Positions 47,928 to 50,693 of a stretch of 50,693 nucleotides of DNA are shown piece by piece. The stretch spans positions 79,867,030 to 79,917,722 of the forward strand of contig NC_057719.1 of the NCBI RefSeq assembly GCF_004010195.1. The letters run 5' to 3'. A program made the translations under genes and the position numbers. Every line of letters begins with the position of its first letter. Within the stretch, counting starts at the first letter, position 1. This DNA is from Chiloscyllium plagiosum. Taxonomy: Eukaryota. The notes under the pieces were generated by a model. The model was not told where the DNA came from, did no database searches, and was given only the letters and a program-made list of their open reading frames with translations.

Positions 47928-48570
47928 TGGTAATCGGTTAGCTGGCCGAGCTGTTGGGTTACCGTGCGGACGTTTCGTTACCATGCTGGATAGCATCATC
48001 AGTGCGACTTCTGTGAAGCACTGTTGTTCTGTCCCACTTGGTCCAGTCTGCTGGGGTGAGTGTCACATCCAGGTCTGCTTTGCAGTGGTTTGTACACCAG
48101 GTCTATCTCTATGTTGCAACGACTGCATGAAGCACTACATAGGACAAACCGGTAGAAAACTAGCCATCTGACTTCACAAACACCAACTGGCTACTTAACA
48201 ACATGGTTCACACATAGACTAGCGGGGCCATCAATCCAACTACGACAAAGTAACCATTCTGGGACAGGCCAACCTGAGAGACGCAAGAGAGTTCTTGGAA
48301 GCCTGGTTTTCTACCAAAACAGTCATGAACAAATACAGATCGGCCCAGTGTACGAGGTAGGCCCAGTGTACAAACCACTGCAGAGAAGACCTGGAAGTGA
48401 CACTCACCTCAATGACCACACATAAGCCAAATGGAGCAGAACAACAGCACTTCACGGAATTGACACTGATGATGTTACACAGCGTGATAACAAATCATCA
48501 GCACGATAACCCAGCAGCTCAACGACCTCATCCACAACCTGAGCTACAAATCTTAGCAAAGCCTTAATGT
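47928..48570 (+). mobile_element. Poseidon/Penelope-like element fragment with GIY-YIG remnant and inverted hammerhead-bearing termini
   Basis: CNDCMKHYIGQTGRKLAI*LHKH and DKVTILGQANLRDAREFLEAWFS. About 47948-48031 is the inverse of about 48437-48520. Candidate TSD atatgaacg at 47919-47927 and 48571-48579. Confidence 0.8.
47965..48006 (-). ncRNA. Minimal hammerhead ribozyme motif with a longer stem II
   Basis: gca-CTGATGA-TGCTATCCAGCATGGTAAC-GAAA-CGTC-cgc. The plus-strand partner at 48466-48500 has lost GAAA. Confidence 0.7.
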
Positions 48571-48859
48571 ATATGAACGCATGAATGTCCTGCTACCAGC
48601 ATTTGTATTAACTTTTAAAAAGTATATGGACTAAATTTTGACCATATTAAAGGAGAGTGAATTGTCAAGCTAAGGGATTTCAATGCTGCAGAAGTGAATA
48701 TACAGGGTTCAATTATAGAATCTACAGTTCCGGACAGTTATGCAGTGTGTTAAAACTATTTCAGCCACAATTATCCCACCTTAACTGCACAAGCAGTGTG
48801 TGTTCAGACTAATCCAACTGGTTCCCAGTTCCCATTCATACTTCCGAATTATGATTTTA

Positions 48860-49428
48860 GATGTCAGGAAATTTGACATGTCTATAAGGACCCACACCAA
48901 CTTCTACAGATGCACCATAGAAAGCATACTGTCCAGGTGCATAACGGCCATAATGGCAACTGCTCTGCCCAGAACTGTAAGAAACTACAAAAAGTTGTGT
49001 GCACAGCCCAGACCATCACGGAAGCCAATCTTCCATCACAGACTCCATTTACACGCTTCGCTACCACGGAGAGGCTGCCAACATCATCAAAGACCCATCG
49101 CACCCTGGTAATGATCTCCTACAACCTCTTCCAGCAGATAGAAGGTACAGAAGCCTGAACACACGCACCAGAAGGTCCAGGAACAGCTTCTTCCTGGCTG
49201 TTATTAGACTGATGAATGGACTCTCTAGCCTCAAATAATTCTGATCTTGCTATGTTGATCTGGCCCAGTGCCCATCCTGTGCAATGTAACCTGTATGCTT
49301 CTGTCTATGTCTTTTTATAACCTCTGATATGTGTATTCTTGCTTACAATGATCTGTCTGTACTGCTTGTAAACAAAGCATTTCACTATACTTTGGTACAC
49401 TTTGTTACAATGAGTCAATCAATCAATC
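48860..49428 (+). mobile_element. Rex1/Babar-like LINE 3' fragment
   Basis: NFYRCTIESILSRCIT, KKLQKVVCTAQTIT, IIKDPSHPGNDLLQPLP..RRYRSLNTRTRRSRNSFF.AVIRLMN. (TCAA)n tail. Confidence 0.85.
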
Positions 49429-49629
49429 AGGTAGATTTCAGACTACCCTTATCTGTTTCAAATTGGGCCTTTAAGCTCTATAAATGCCTTGTTAGAAATG
49501 CCCAGGTATAATTTCTCTTGATTGTAGTTTTCTAATCTGCAAATCAAGGTACGGATTTGAAAAAAATTCTTCCTCTTCCAAATATGAGTCAGGTATTGTG
49601 AGCAGTCCTCATTGTGTAACATCTTGAGG

Positions 49630-50020
49630 GCAGGCGCTATAGTAACCTGGCCACGAACCAGCAATCCAGAGGGCTTGAGCAACTATCTGAAAAAAACATG
49701 AGTGTCACCATGGGAGGTTGAAAAGGTGAGTTATGTCTTTTAAAAGTGAGGAAATTTAAAAAGAAACTGGTGTCAGTAAAAGTGGGCTGAATGGAACTGA
49801 CATTATCCATGTCGCATGTCAGGAAAGTCAAGGCAACTTCCTGTCCTTACCAGATCTGACCTACATATGACCTCTACTCCATACCAAGTTGAGTACCTCC
49901 TAACTGCTCTGTCCTGCTGCAGTTTCAGAAGAAGCTCTGTTGTCACTTTCTTGGGTAAACCAAAGGGATGGCAATAATCACTGGCCTTAAACCACTGGCA
50001 TCCAGACCCTAAGAAAGAAG
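49630..50020 (+). mobile_element. Degraded SINE-like repeat with an L2-like tail
   Basis: gggatggcaataatcactggcc tail resembles 11930-11970. Head is very degenerate. Confidence 0.4.
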
Positions 50021-50354
50021 GAATAATGGAACTATACAGTTTAGTTACAGAGCACTTTTATCCCCGAAAAGTGCTCTCAGGTTGAATGCAAGAAGCAGCT
50101 CTGTGACAACAATAGCAACAGCTGGCATTTGGATGGCACCTTTAATATAGCAAATTATCCCCCTGGGGTTTCACAGGAGCATTCACAGATTAAAATTTGA
50201 CACTGAGTCAAAGAACGTGCTATTGGAGCAGGTGACCAAAAGTTTGGTCGGAGGGGTTATTTCAAAGACTACCTTAAGGAGAGGTTTGGGGAGAGGATTC
50301 CAGAGTTTAAAGACTGAAGGCACTGAACCAAAGTTAGTTCTTAAGCCCAGGATC

Positions 50355-50598
50355 ACAAACTATTGGAGCAAGATCATCGACATGCCCCAGAGCAGCTCCA
50401 TCTATACGTCCTCTGTGTGAAGTTTTGATCATCATTGCGTGCTACAGATTTGGGTTGGGATTTCCACATCATGCATACAAACTATTGGAGCAAGATCATT
50501 GACATGCCCCAGAGCAGCTCTATCTATACGTCCTCTGTGTGAAGTTTTGATCATCATTGCGTGCTACAGATTTGGGTTGGGATTTCCACATCATGCAT
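50355..50598. repeat. 122-bp tandem duplication (2 copies, 2 mismatches)
   Basis: 50355-50476 and 50477-50598 differ only at catcga/cattga and ctccat/ctctat. Confidence 0.95.
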
Positions 50599-50624
50599 AG
50601 TCAGCAAAGAGATGAAACACTGAT

Positions 50625-50693
50625 AGAAGAGAATCCCTACAGTGTGGAAACAGGCTCTTCTGCCTAACAAGTCCACCCCGACCCTCCGAAGAG
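50625..50693 (-). mobile_element. HE1-like SINE 3' end, truncated by window end
   Basis: ccctacagtgtggaaacaggc..aacaagtccaccccgaccctccgaagag is the reverse complement of the SINE tail. Confidence 0.8.

Noticed and set aside
50355..50598. CRISPR-like or satellite array
   Set aside because: Only two contiguous units, no spacers, eukaryotic context.

Overview
This is a repeat-dense, non-coding-looking vertebrate window. It is almost certainly from a shark or other cartilaginous fish, inferred from HE1-like V-SINEs, DeuSINE-like SINEs and HER1/CR1-like LINE tails. No intact host protein-coding gene is recognisable: every informative ORF is a decayed retrotransposon fragment (CR1, L2-like, Rex1/Babar, RTE, Penelope-like). 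The most striking signal is a dense population of Penelope-like element (PLE) derivatives from about 4-5 families carrying minimal hammerhead-ribozyme motifs (CTGANGA-stem II-GAAA-palindromic stem III-NUH), roughly 14 copies in 50 kb, many of them mutated. Eight insertions have a fold-back (inverted-terminus) architecture and several have clean 12-15 bp target-site duplications (TSDs). Two are ORF-less hairpin mini-elements of about 210-220 bp. In three measurable copies the inverted arm stops about 58-63 nt downstream of the predicted ribozyme cleavage site, leaving a 35-38 nt unpaired tail. The window also holds a probable solo LTR, nested insertions, a 122-bp tandem duplication, two assembly gaps, and candidate minus-strand spliced exons of an unidentified, possibly non-coding transcript. 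Repeat family names are recognised from memory rather than searched, and most repeat boundaries are approximate unless a TSD is quoted.
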